Shown one piece after another: positions 30,049-39,955 of a stretch of 64,000 bases of DNA; within the stretch, counting starts at the first letter, position 1, and every line of letters starts with the position of its first letter. The notes under the pieces were generated by a model, which saw nothing but the letters and a program-made list of their open reading frames with translations, did no database searches and was not told where the DNA came from. The stretch comes from a virus (lineage: Duplodnaviria; Caudoviricetes): IMG/VR virus record IMGVR_UViG_3300023218_000062, one strand, 5' to 3'. The translations under genes and the position numbers were made by a program.

Positions 30049-31067
30049 ATGAAATTATTTGAATTGAAAATGAATCCAATTAATTTAGGTTTGTGGATCA
30101 GTCCGCAAGGTAATATAATCAAGACAACAACGCACCATGCCGCCGATATCATCGAGAATCCTGAAAAGTTTGGAGTAACATTCGATTTATTAAAACCCTG
30201 TATGATAAACATGGTGAGAATTTCCAACAAGAAGGTAACGCTCGTGAAGAATTAATTAAACTGGTCCTTCAACGTGGTTGGATTAGAGTTCGTAATTATC
30301 GTAATTATTGGTCTGTCACGGTATACTCTCTGACCCCCCAAACTCGTGAAATTATCGAGAGTTGGGTTAATACTTTTGTTGAGAGTGAGATGATGGGAAA
30401 ATTTGCTGACATAAAAATCCTAGAAATTAAGTCAGATCGTTTGAAAGCAGTTGAAGCTAATGGTATACTCAAGGGCGTCTTAGAAGAAGGTGTGAATATT
30501 GATATGAGAAAATTAAATGAAGGTAAGTTCTCGGATGAACCGGACTTGGAATTGTTGAATGAAGTAAAACTATCCCGAGTATACAATCATTTTACTGGTA
30601 AACGACCAGTGGGTATCATCACTGCATTCCGGGGTGAGCGTACTGCGGAAGAAAATCTTAGAGCCAATAGAGCATTAGCATCAGAGTTAAAGAATGCTGG
30701 ATTTGGGTTCGTATGGGTTGATGGTGCTTGGGTAGAAAATACAAATACTCCCGAAGAAACACATGAGAAAGAAATTTCGATGCTGGTAATTGCTGATAAA
30801 GGCGAAGATCAAAAATTATTTGATGCCTTAAAAGACGGTGCTAGAAAATATGAACAAGAAGGTTTTGTATTCAAGGGTGTAGATGGTAAAGTCGGAGTGT
30901 ATAATGCACAAGGAAAGGAAGATATTTATTTTAATTACATTAACATGGACAAACTTTCTGACATTTATACAAAACTTCGACATGGTTCGCATAAAGGCCG
31001 AGCATTTTTCTTTGAAGGCGTCCGTGATTCAAAAGGGTTCATTGGAAAACTCTTAGAAAAGGGTTGA
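30049..31067 (+). CDS. hypothetical protein with DUF3293-like C-terminal domain, frameshift at ~30195
   Basis: TATAAATA at 30019-30026; MKLFELK leader; GIITAFRG...EENLRANRAL..ELK..G.G.V.VDG.W.E...KYEQEG. Confidence 0.7.
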
Positions 31068-31117
31068 TATTAAATCTTGACAAAACTGCTAAATAGTGTA
31101 TACTAGTAATTGAATAT

Positions 31118-31203
31118 GGGTGAGATAGGAGAATTGGTACTCCTGCCGGGCTGTAACCCCGGTGCCTTAGTGTATGTTGGTTCGAATCCAGCCTCACCCA
31201 CCA
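31118..31203 (+). tRNA. tRNA-Tyr(GUA)
   Basis: GGGTGAG/CTCACCC, CCGGG-CTGTAAC-CCCGG, long variable arm, CCA. Confidence 0.9.
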
Positions 31204-31262
31204 AATGAAGAAATACTTGACAAAAGTTTTCAAAAGATGTAATATTAGATAAATAGAATCAT

Positions 31263-31339
31263 CGGAATATGGCGCAGTCTGGTAGCGCATCTGCTTTGGG
31301 AGCAGGGGGTCGTAGGTTCAAATCCTACTATTCCGACCA
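31263..31339 (+). tRNA. tRNA-Pro(UGG)
   Basis: CGGAATA/TATTCCG, loop TTTGGGA, CCA. Confidence 0.93.
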
Positions 31340-31345
31340 ATTTAC

Positions 31346-31421
31346 ACCCTTGTAGCTCAACTGGAAGAGCAAGAGATTTCTACTCTCTAGGTTGTGGGTT
31401 CGAGTCCTGCCAAGGGTGCCA
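31346..31421 (+). tRNA. tRNA-Arg(UCU)
   Basis: ACCCTTG/CAAGGGT, AGAGA-TTTCTAC-TCTCT, CCA. Confidence 0.92.
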
Positions 31422-31433
31422 GAATTTTAAAAT

Positions 31434-31503
31434 GGGTAGGCTGGTATGGGTGAACCAAGCTGACTGTAAATCAGTGTCCTTTGGACTTGGGCGTTCGATT
31501 CGC
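31434..31503 (+). pseudogene. 3'-truncated tRNA-Tyr(GUA)
   Basis: D arm, GCTGA-CTGTAAA-TCAGT, variable arm and GGGCG-TTCGATT-CGC present; the rest of the T stem and the acceptor 3' strand replaced by AT-rich DNA. Confidence 0.75.
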
Positions 31504-31660
31504 AATTATTTTATAAATAATGAATATATGTTACTATAATAATGGATAATAGGTATCAATATAAAGCGAACTATTCTAATAGAGTTTTACGATGGTTAAG
31601 AAATACTCCACGTAAAGAAATCTATAAATGGATTGAAAAGCAGAAGAGTAAGAAGTATAA

Positions 31661-31735
31661 GGGTGGTTAGCTGAGATGGATTAGCGCGGGGCTGTTAACT
31701 CCGATAGGTTGGATCGTTACCAACACCGCCCGCCA
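31661..31735 (+). tRNA. tRNA-Asn(GUU)
   Basis: GGGTGGT/ACCGCCC, CGGGG-CTGTTAA-CTCCG, G73, CCA; atypical T-loop. Confidence 0.85.
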
Positions 31736-31737
31736 AA

Positions 31738-31808
31738 GACAGGATGCCAGAGTGGTAATGGGCGTGGTTGCAACCCACGAGTCGGGGGTTCGATTCCCTC
31801 TCTTGGCT
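31738..31808 (+). tRNA. tRNA-Cys(GCA), no encoded CCA
   Basis: CGTGG-TTGCAAC-CCACG, TTCGATT, U73; one acceptor mismatch. Confidence 0.8.
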
Positions 31809-31833
31809 TAACGATAAAAACTTGGAACGTCCC

Positions 31834-32232
31834 ATGGGAAGGATTCTGATTAAACCTTATATTAATGATGAAGAACAAATAGCACATGGTATGGTTGACA
31901 AAGAATACGGATCTGTTAGTAAAAAATTTAAAAGTGTTGTTGAGCAATTATTTGTTGAATATTTAAATAAGGGTGAAGGTGGGGGTTTATATTATAGGCA
32001 TGGTGCGGTGTATGGAGAGGGCAAGCGTAAAATACTCCTTATTAATAAGAACACACCAGATAGAATTTTAATTAAAAATCTTGAACAGGATATAATTTCG
32101 TTAAAGGATATTATTGATAAAGGTATTGAACCATCAGAACAAGTTCAATTGGCAGCAGTTAAAACTAATGGACGTGCTATTAAATGGATTGAAAATCCAT
32201 CCGAACAAGTTCAATTATTATCAATTGAATAA
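31834..32232 (+). CDS. hypothetical protein with PSEQVQL repeats (DUF4116-like)
   Basis: EPSEQVQLAAVKTNGRAIKWIENPSEQVQL. Confidence 0.6.
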   Translation: MGRILIKPYINDEEQIAHGMVDKEYGSVSKKFKSVVEQLFVEYLNKGEGGGLYYRHGAVYGEGKRKILLINKNTPDRILIKNLEQDIISLKDIIDKGIEPSEQVQLAAVKTNGRAIKWIENPSEQVQLLSIE

Positions 32233-32263
32233 TTATTTTAAGAGTGGTACTTATTATATTTAA

Positions 32264-32288
32264 AAACCGCCTTTCATGGGCGGTTTTT
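32264..32288 (+). terminator. intrinsic terminator
   Basis: AAAACCGCC-TTTCATG-GGCGGTTTTTT. Confidence 0.8.
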
Positions 32289-32666
32289 TGCTATAGTTTA
32301 TATTGTTTAACGAATTATTTGTTATATACTGTCACATTTTTTAAAATTAGATAATTTAGGAATTGACTTGACATCGATTCTCATTCTGTAGTATATTGAC
32401 GGGTAGAAATCAGGAATAAAAGGAATTAAAAGATGATTATGGTATAAGTAATTTACTTATTACGTCTCCCGAGATGTTTAAAATTGAGGATGGATATATA
32501 GTGATTGCTATTACAGATGCTTTGAGAGAAAATTATTTATTTTTTACAAGAATTTGATTCCAATAATAATGTAATTGATTTTAATGGACTCGAATATTAT
32601 AGTGATGGACAGCTTAAGAGATTTAACGAATTAGAAATTCCATGGTTTGAAAAGGGTGGGTTAAAA

Positions 32667-33962
32667 ATGAATTCTACAGAATATTTCGAAATACTTCGTG
32701 AACTAGATACTCGGCATGGTGTTTTTTATCATTTGTGGGATATGGGAAATCCTGTATTTACAGATTCAATTCCTAGCGCAGGTGTTGGATTAAATGGCGA
32801 TGGTGAATGCCTAGAGTTTCTTCTTAACAAAGAATTTTGGGATAGCCAAAATTTTGAACAAAAGATTTTCATACTATGCCATGAATGCATGCACGTTGCA
32901 CTTAACCATGGCTATAGACTATTTAAAAATGCGAAAAACCAAAGAGACTTTATCAAAATGAATCTGGCTACTGATGTGGTTATCAATCATACATTAGTAA
33001 ACAAATTTAACATGGATAGAAGTATTATTGACCCTGAAAACAAATATTGTTGGTTGGATACTGTATTTTTGGAAGAAGATAATATCGAACCGGACAAGAG
33101 TTCTGACTACTATTACAATAGAATGACAAATAAAAAAGCGGATGAGGCTTCTGCTTCAACTGTAGATGATCATAGTTGTATGGGAAATAGCGACTCTGAC
33201 TCAGAAGACGGGGAAAATCATTTTTCTAATATGGAAGATATACTTAAAGAGTTAAATGAACGTTTAGGCGATGAAGAAAAAGAATTTTTGAAAGACGCTA
33301 TTAAAGAGAATGAAGCTTTGGATAGTAAGAAAGGAGAAGGGAGATCTAAAGAAGCTGGAAGTTCTCCCGGTAATATTTTCCATCAAGTAGATACTAGAAA
33401 AGTAAAAAAGAAAAGAAAATGGGAAAGTGTTATAAAAAAATGGGCTAACCAGTTTCTAGTTGAAAAGGACAAGGATGATCTACAGTGGGCTAGAACCAGC
33501 CGTAGAATGCAATTGATATCCCCTGACTTATTCCTTCCAAGTGAAATGGAAGTAGAAGAAATAGAAACCGAAAAAAAGAGAATAGAGGTGTGGTTTTTTC
33601 AGGATACATCTCGGTCTTGTTCGGGTTATCGTCAAAGATTTTTTGATGCGGCCAAATCTTTGCCAGAAGATAAGTTTGACGTTAAGATGCATTGTTTTGA
33701 TACTAGGGTATATGAGACTACTACAGAATCAGGTAAATTATATGGGTTTGGTGGCACCACCTTTGATTGTATAGAAAAGTATATATCGAAACATACGAAA
33801 GATGGTGAATATCCGAAGGCAGTATTTGTGATTACAGATGGATATGGTAATACTGTGCTACCCAAAGTACCTCAAAATTGGTACTGGTTTATAACTCCGG
33901 GTGGAAGTACCTCATACGTACACGAGAAGTCTCATAGCTTTGATCTAGTCAAATTCGAATAA
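32667..33962 (+). CDS. HEXXH metallopeptidase-like plus vWA domain protein (DUF2201-like, MoxR partner)
   Basis: LCHECMHV..NH.YR, N.A.D.VIN, MIDAS-like FQDTSRSC, HCFDT.VY, GGGT.F-like GFGGTTF, VITDGYG. Confidence 0.88.
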   Translation: MNSTEYFEILRELDTRHGVFYHLWDMGNPVFTDSIPSAGVGLNGDGECLEFLLNKEFWDSQNFEQKIFILCHECMHVALNHGYRLFKNAKNQRDFIKMNLATDVVINHTLVNKFNMDRSIIDPENKYCWLDTVFLEEDNIEPDKSSDYYYNRMTNKKADEASASTVDDHSCMGNSDSDSEDGENHFSNMEDILKELNERLGDEEKEFLKDAIKENEALDSKKGEGRSKEAGSSPGNIFHQVDTRKVKKKRKWESVIKKWANQFLVEKDKDDLQWARTSRRMQLISPDLFLPSEMEVEEIETEKKRIEVWFFQDTSRSCSGYRQRFFDAAKSLPEDKFDVKMHCFDTRVYETTTESGKLYGFGGTTFDCIEKYISKHTKDGEYPKAVFVITDGYGNTVLPKVPQNWYWFITPGGSTSYVHEKSHSFDLVKFE

Positions 33963-34305
33963 AAGTCAGTCTTCTACGTAATCATGGGGATTAAATTTTC
34001 CAGTAGTCAAAATATTATCTATTGCACTCGAAACCTTATCGATGGTCATAGGAGAACATCTTATATTAAAATGTTCTCCTTGTGCTGTTGCTATTTGATT
34101 TTTTACATACACTTACATATGACATTTTTATTTCTCCTTGTGATTATCAATTGTTGAATGCTTTATTTGGTTGTGGTTTAACATTCATTTCTTCGGATCA
34201 TTTAAACTTGATCCGGGACGGCGTACCATACCCATCCCAATGAATATGCCAACCTTACTCCCTCCAACGCCTAGGATATCTAAGTAAAACCTTTAACTAT
34301 TTGTT

Positions 34306-34710
34306 TCATTTTTGGTTATTAATCCATAAATCAAAACTTCCAAAATTTCCATCAGAATCAGAAAGAATTTTTATTTCTTCTCCCTTGTTACGATGACTAA
34401 CCATAGTTTTAAAAGCATCATCATCGGAAACAACAAAATTGTATTTTGTAATTGATATATCACATATATCACCGCTGGGAGTAAACTCTATTTCTATGTC
34501 AAAATTGTTAGAGTGAAATTCTAGTTGTACTCCGCCATCTACAGTGGGCACCACTGACATAGAACTTAGAAATTCCGCGAGGGACTCTACGGATTCTTCG
34601 GTTACTGATGCACTACCGTAAAACTCTGGACTCCTATTGAGATCCAAAAGATACGAAAGTATATCTTTATACTGATTTGTATCTATTGTTAGCTTTCCAT
34701 TTGCGTACAT
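34306..34710 (-). CDS. hypothetical protein
   Basis: VVPTVDGGVQLEFH...DIEIEF motif. Confidence 0.65.
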   Translation of the reverse strand: MYANGKLTIDTNQYKDILSYLLDLNRSPEFYGSASVTEESVESLAEFLSSMSVVPTVDGGVQLEFHSNNFDIEIEFTPSGDICDISITKYNFVVSDDDAFKTMVSHRNKGEEIKILSDSDGNFGSFDLWINNQK

Positions 34711-34747
34711 AATATGTTAATCCTTTATTTTTAAGGGCGCAGATGTA

Positions 34748-35920
34748 CTACACCTCTATGTCCTCAACTACATCTAAAGTTGTTTCATATTCTTCCAAAT
34801 ACTTTTTAGCATTTTTCATGATAAAATTCTTGTAATCTATTTCCTTACCAGAATATAATCCCATAGCAATATTGAATTGATCCCGCTCCAGTTTTTGTTG
34901 TCCTTTTATAGCATAATCTTTACGCGCTAAGCTCTTGTGAGCTTCGTAAAAGCTATTAGATGCTTTCAAGAGCCGATTCATCATATGGGATACAAAAATC
35001 TCCATGTTTTCAATCTCACGGAGAGCTTGTTCGTCATCTTCGAACATTTGACGTAAATCATCAGACGCTTCTTCTAATACAACTGCCATCAATCTCTTAG
35101 GACTGGTTACAGAATCTTTGGCATGATGCAACGAAACATATTCATTAGTTTTTATCTTAACCATGGTTCCATCTTTTAAACGAATGACATATCCTTCAAT
35201 ACCTTTCATATCGGGAATTGAATTTACAAAATTTTCTACGGTAGAAAAATTTAACACTTCATCTAAATGATTTTTTACTAAAAAGGGGCTCAACCCATAT
35301 TCTTTCATCTCATCAAAAGTCATAAAAGAAAAATCTTCTCTGGATCTAACACCTAGAACAACTAAAGAACAATTTGTATATGGTAAAACTATACGATTTT
35401 TTGCAGAACAATATTCCATGTTCACAGTATAATTTTTGTTTTCCAGGATATTAATATGTTCATGTAAAGTTTTTCCAGTATCGGGATTTTTCATTTCACT
35501 GGCCAAACGATATGCTTCTTCGGCCATCATTGAAGTCAATGAGGTTTTAGATTTATATCTAACATTCATTCCATAATCTAGATAAGAAGATATCAAAGAA
35601 CCATCTTCCTTAGTAGCAATGTAATCAACGTTATCATTTGAAAAATCTAGATCCATGGTAAATGGGTTTTCGCCAAGATTGAAAAATTTGGGAAAAGGAA
35701 GTGAAACCAATTCGGGTTCCTTACCCAAAAGGAACATATGCCCTCGACATTCTAACGCATTTTCTCGTAAAAAATCGGTATATGAACCCAAACGATAAGA
35801 GAACACACGATAGGTTTTCCCGTCATGTGGGCATAATTGATCAACGTGGTAGAACGGAGATTCCTCGTCAGAAGACAATTCCATCAAGTTGTTATATAAG
35901 TTTTGTGTGATATTATTCAT
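34748..35920 (-). CDS. rnlA: T4 Rnl1-like RNA ligase
   Basis: LRENALECRG.MF, PFPKFFNLGE, motif I KEDGSLI, EYCS..NRIV, IEGYVI, KIKT..Y..LH. Confidence 0.92.
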   Translation of the reverse strand: MNNITQNLYNNLMELSSDEESPFYHVDQLCPHDGKTYRVFSYRLGSYTDFLRENALECRGHMFLLGKEPELVSLPFPKFFNLGENPFTMDLDFSNDNVDYIATKEDGSLISSYLDYGMNVRYKSKTSLTSMMAEEAYRLASEMKNPDTGKTLHEHINILENKNYTVNMEYCSAKNRIVLPYTNCSLVVLGVRSREDFSFMTFDEMKEYGLSPFLVKNHLDEVLNFSTVENFVNSIPDMKGIEGYVIRLKDGTMVKIKTNEYVSLHHAKDSVTSPKRLMAVVLEEASDDLRQMFEDDEQALREIENMEIFVSHMMNRLLKASNSFYEAHKSLARKDYAIKGQQKLERDQFNIAMGLYSGKEIDYKNFIMKNAKKYLEEYETTLDVVEDIEV

Positions 35921-35973
35921 AGAATGTAAACTATATCATGATTTTAGAAGATAATCAAGCATTTTTTTATATT

Positions 35974-36216
35974 TTATGATTCTCGTACAAATTGAATTAT
36001 TGACCTGTTCGACCCGTTTTCAGTTTCTAGAATTTTATATAAAGTCAATTCGGGAAACTTTCTTGCGAACTCTAGTGCATGTTCTTTCTCATGCCATTTA
36101 CTACAGTCAAAAAAATCCTTACCAGAAGAATAGCCTCCTGAAGGGTTAACTCTTACAAAATTGTCGTCTCCACCTAGAACCCATATAGGGTTTTTATTGA
36201 TTACTTTGAGCTTCAT
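35974..36216 (-). CDS. hypothetical protein
   Basis: ORF coupled in the minus-strand run. Confidence 0.55.
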   Translation of the reverse strand: MKLKVINKNPIWVLGGDDNFVRVNPSGGYSSGKDFFDCSKWHEKEHALEFARKFPELTLYKILETENGSNRSIIQFVRES

Positions 36217-36406
36217 CTAGATCTTCACTCTCATCATCCAGTCGAATACCTTCTAACTCTTCAAGTTCTTCGATGATACTTCCGATATAAAATAATATTC
36301 TTTTTTGTTCCTTTATTTCATTTTTTAATGCTTCGTTTTCTTGTTCTAGGCATTCATAATCATTTTTTAGATCATTATATTTTTGCTCAAGTTCGTTGTA
36401 ATCCAT
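36194..36406 (-). CDS. acidic coiled-coil protein
   Basis: GGAG SD; heptad-rich. Confidence 0.6.
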   Translation of the reverse strand: MDYNELEQKYNDLKNDYECLEQENEALKNEIKEQKRILFYIGSIIEELEELEGIRLDDESEDLDEAQSNQ

Positions 36407-36437
36407 AATAGGTCTCCGATATTGTGGTAATTATAGT

Positions 36438-36635
36438 CTAGCTTAGCTTAGCTCTAATCTCAAGCATACGTCGTTTTAATATTTTATTTTGTTCTTTTAA
36501 TGTTTTATTTTCATTTTCCAAATTCAATATTCTATCAGTACTAGCAGTACTAGAGGTGAAGTTATTGATGCTGCCTGTTGATTTCCCTAAAATTCGTGAT
36601 AACTTTTCATCTATACAGCTTTCATACTTATTCAT
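36438..36635 (-). CDS. hypothetical coiled-coil protein
   Basis: 65-aa ORF. Confidence 0.5.
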   Translation of the reverse strand: MNKYESCIDEKLSRILGKSTGSINNFTSSTASTDRILNLENENKTLKEQNKILKRRMLEIRAKLS

Positions 36636-36883
36636 AATAGAATAATAATCGTAGTCATTGATGATAGTTTTTTTCGTATGGTCGGGTCATCTATGTCATC
36701 TCTCCAAAGTAAATGATTTTTTTATTTTTTAATATAGTTGTTCTTTAATTGCTATTAGGGCATCTTTTAGTAATTTATTTTTTCTCTCTCGATCATTACT
36801 TTCATTTTCATCATTTTCATCATTCATGCTCCTGTGGGGGTATTCTTTAATCGTCTCTTCTTTTGAATCATAATACACCTCTG

Positions 36884-37273
36884 TCATTTTGATACCTCTC
36901 GTTTAATACATTTCAGTGCCCTGATCTTTTTATCTCTCTCAGATTGTAATAACCCTATTTTATTTTCTAAAGAATTTATTATAGTGTGCTGTAACTGTAT
37001 AATATTCTTATTTGATGCAAACTCTTTTTCGTGTGTATATCGATCTATGTTTTTAAAAAATTGTAGTAATGGCAAAATTAATTTATTTTTAACATTTGTA
37101 TCACATAAAAAATGAGTTTTATCAGGAGACTCAAATAATGAATTTATTTTATAGTTATTAATATACGGTTTAATAATATTAATATATTCTGGAGAATTCA
37201 ATCTATTATTTAAAGAATAAAATGGGGTATTAAGTGTGTCAATAACTGTCTCCATAGAAGGGGGGTCATCCAT
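36884..37273 (-). CDS. hypothetical protein (start probably MDDPPSME, downstream of the tRNA-like element)
   Basis: ORF track extends it across an antisense tRNA-like sequence; start approximate. Confidence 0.5.
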   Translation of the reverse strand: MDDPPSMETVIDTLNTPFYSLNNRLNSPEYINIIKPYINNYKINSLFESPDKTHFLCDTNVKNKLILPLLQFFKNIDRYTHEKEFASNKNIIQLQHTIINSLENKIGLLQSERDKKIRALKCIKREVSK

Positions 37274-37332
37274 AGAATACTGTGATACATTAAGAAACGG
37301 ACTTTTTACTTCTTCTCTCCAAAGTTTCAAGG

Positions 37333-37412
37333 GTGGGTGTGGCGGAACTGGTAGACGCGCGTGACTCCAAAACAGACACGTATTATGGGTTCGAGTCCCA
37401 TCATTCACCCCA
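37333..37412 (+). pseudogene. degenerate tRNA (Trp CCA-like) with an expanded anticodon arm
   Basis: GTGGGTG/CATTCAC acceptor, GCGGAACTGGTAGACGC D arm, ATGGG-TTCGAGT-CCCAT, CCA; anticodon stem disrupted by ACAGA. Confidence 0.65.
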
Positions 37413-37659
37413 TAAAACAAGACTGGTCCTCTCCTTTATAGTACTCTATTGGCGGCGCTTTTACACTGAAATCTGGTTCTTCTTCTATTTGTTGATTTTC
37501 TGCACATTCTTTAAACATATGAATATACTCTAATGCAGCGTTTAGCATATCTTCTGTCAAAGGTTCATCATTAGAAGTACTTTCACGAACAGTAGTGGCC
37601 ATAGCCATCCAGTAATGTGCATAGAGTTCATGCATTTTCTTTTGATCTTCAATTTTCAT
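37405..37659 (-). CDS. hypothetical protein
   Basis: GAGG SD; 84 aa. Confidence 0.6.
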   Translation of the reverse strand: MKIEDQKKMHELYAHYWMAMATTVRESTSNDEPLTEDMLNAALEYIHMFKECAENQQIEEEPDFSVKAPPIEYYKGEDQSCFMG

Positions 37660-37992
37660 TAGTGTATCCTCTCATCCATTTTACGATACCTACAATCCAT
37701 TTCCTACCATAATCAATATGCCCATATACATTACTCTCATACCATTCAATTATATCTAGGGTAGGTTTTTTATTTTTAGGTTTTCTCTTTTTTATGCAAC
37801 TCGCCTGTAGGAATACAGGACATTTAGGTTGGGGACAAGAATAGTGTATTATTTTATATATTCTTAGTCACACTGCCCATAAACAGCTACCGCTTCATCT
37901 GGCGCTTTCTTAGGATGCTCAGGATATCTTGATTCGATTATAGGCACCTCGTCTTCTGTATATTTTCTATTTTTATTAATCATATTTACCTC

Positions 37993-38178
37993 TTAATGGC
38001 ATACATGATGCGTAGACCCACCTTCACAAACAAGGAAGGTCACAAACACCACCGTGATTGCAATAGGAAGTAATAGAAAGAAAATCGCTGTAAGGCATCC
38101 TAATCCGCTCATTGCACTTCCAACAATCCCATCAAAAAAACTACCAATCTCTTTGATATTTTTGAAATTATCAGACAT
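37993..38178 (-). CDS. small membrane protein
   Basis: Hydrophobic segment GLGCLTAIFFLLLPIAITVVFVTFLV. Confidence 0.6.
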   Translation of the reverse strand: MSDNFKNIKEIGSFFDGIVGSAMSGLGCLTAIFFLLLPIAITVVFVTFLVCEGGSTHHVCH

Positions 38179-38238
38179 TTTTGAATCTTCTCTATGTTGA
38201 GTATGGGTATAATATCATATTTTAAAATAAATTACAAG

Positions 38239-38315
38239 TGGTACGGGAGGTGGGATTCGAACCCACACTTTACGGATTTTAAGTCCGTTCCCTCTGCCTA
38301 TTGGGGTACTCCCGC
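38239..38315 (-). tRNA. tRNA-Leu(UAA), second copy, short variable loop
   Basis: GCGGGAG/CTCCCGT, ACGGA-CTTAAAA-TCCGT, TTCGAAT, CCA. Confidence 0.92.
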
Positions 38316-38320
38316 AAAAG

Positions 38321-38893
38321 TTATTGATCTTTATCCATATTTTTGAGGTCTGGATATTTTTCTTCAAGTTCATTTCGCATTCTTACACCAAGATCATTGA
38401 TAAAGTGATCTTGTTCTTCTTTATATAATTCTCTCATTCTATCATTAGTTTCTTCTTGAAACAAGATAATTTCATCAATAGTGTTTAAAGCATTTACATG
38501 AAGTGATTTCTCAAATATGATTCTATCATATAATTTATCCATTATTGTACTAGAGTATTCATATTTTCTGAATAGTGAAATGAGTTGAAAAAATAAGAAA
38601 CCAGATAGCCCCACAAGAAAAATTTGCATAAGATCACTGGTAGAATTAATTGCAAGAAACATAAGATATCCACCACCTGCGAGATAAAATATTTCTTTCA
38701 TTCTATAGATAATCTTATGTTTGAAAATAAAATCAAATTGATTCTTATGTAAAACAGTTTGAGCAGTAACCTGTGACCATAAACTTGTTTTAACTTCGGT
38801 CAGCGTCTTAACATTAGCAACGGCTTCTCTTTTCTCATTATTGTCAAGATTTTTTCTAATTATTTCTATTAGATTCTGAACCTTATTGTCCAT
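38321..38893 (-). CDS. membrane protein (2 TM)
   Basis: 190-aa ORF with a central hydrophobic hairpin. Confidence 0.65.
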   Translation of the reverse strand: MDNKVQNLIEIIRKNLDNNEKREAVANVKTLTEVKTSLWSQVTAQTVLHKNQFDFIFKHKIIYRMKEIFYLAGGGYLMFLAINSTSDLMQIFLVGLSGFLFFQLISLFRKYEYSSTIMDKLYDRIIFEKSLHVNALNTIDEIILFQEETNDRMRELYKEEQDHFINDLGVRMRNELEEKYPDLKNMDKDQ

Positions 38894-39071
38894 ATATCAC
38901 CTTTTATTAAAATATATTATATAAACTATACCATAATACGCCAAAAATTGCAACTGTAGTCAAAATTAAACAAAATTCGGGTATGTATTTTTTCATTAGG
39001 GTATCCTTTGGCTGTAGGCTCTAATTATAATTTATCATCTACAGTTAGAGCCTACAACCTAATTAAAGATA

Positions 39072-39305
39072 CTACGGCGAGATTTCATTTCCCATATAAT
39101 CCAGAATGTATACATGAGGAGAATTCGCCATTTTTACTTCTTGTTTGTAAAAATCTAACATTTGAACAGATTCAAACATCTTGGCTTCATTAATAATTCG
39201 ATCATCCGAAATAATTCTACATGGATCAAAAGAAAAATGCGTTCCATATGAATGAAACGTGTACTTTTTAGTAGTGTTTTGTCTCTTGCGTACAATTCTT
39301 TTCAT
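39072..39305 (-). CDS. hypothetical protein
   Basis: AAGGA SD; 77 aa. Confidence 0.5.
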   Translation of the reverse strand: MKRIVRKRQNTTKKYTFHSYGTHFSFDPCRIISDDRIINEAKMFESVQMLDFYKQEVKMANSPHVYILDYMGNEISP

Positions 39306-39401
39306 ATTTAAAATCCTTTTATTTTACGATTTATATATTTAGGGTTTATATTACTCTTAAATATTGATTAAGTGTACAAGCATGGGGTGAGGCTGTCAAT
39401 T

Positions 39402-39424
39402 CCCTAACGTATGCGTTAGGGGTT
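39402..39424. repeat. palindrome family copy 2
   Basis: CCCTAACGTATGCGTTAGGGG, inside a larger imperfect inverted repeat (~39373-39453). Confidence 0.75.
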
Positions 39425-39540
39425 TTCATATTCTATCCATGCAAACCCATCTTGCTTGATACATATTACGATATCATTAAACAAATTTAAAATTAGGATT
39501 CCTTTTTCATAATCTCTAAAAATAACTTCACTAGCTGGTA

Positions 39541-39816
39541 TTACAAGAAAAAATTTTCAACCTCGTTTAATGCTTTATCTTTCATAAACGCTGGTGTAAG
39601 AGTTTTGATCATTTCCTTCAATGCTTTATCTGCATCGGGTCTTGGGAGAATTATGCCATATCCTGTTCCGATACATTCGGAGCATTCCCACACATTGTAA
39701 AACATATCTTTGGGGTCTATGTCATCAATGTAGCCTGCACCATTACATTTGGCGCATTCTTTTGTTTTTAATTTATCCAGCGCTTTACTGTACTGGCATT
39801 GTTCTCTGCTAACCAT
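39541..39816 (-). CDS. DnaJ-type zinc-finger protein
   Basis: CAKCNGAG and CSECIGTG (CxxCxGxG x2). Confidence 0.6.
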   Translation of the reverse strand: MVSREQCQYSKALDKLKTKECAKCNGAGYIDDIDPKDMFYNVWECSECIGTGYGIILPRPDADKALKEMIKTLTPAFMKDKALNEVENFFL

Positions 39817-39955
39817 GTATTTTCCGTTTCTAAAATGATAATCACTCGCATTTGTTAAAAACTAAAATTTAATTTACGAATACGACTAATTCGCATTAAC
39901 TCAATCGTACATTTCACCCTATAGTGTAACAGGAAAAAAAATTTATGCAAGGGGG

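Noticed and set aside
10340-32660. Diversity-generating retroelement TR/VR pair
   Set aside because: Only a few substitutions, too few to establish a directional adenine-specific pattern; no reverse transcriptase in the window.
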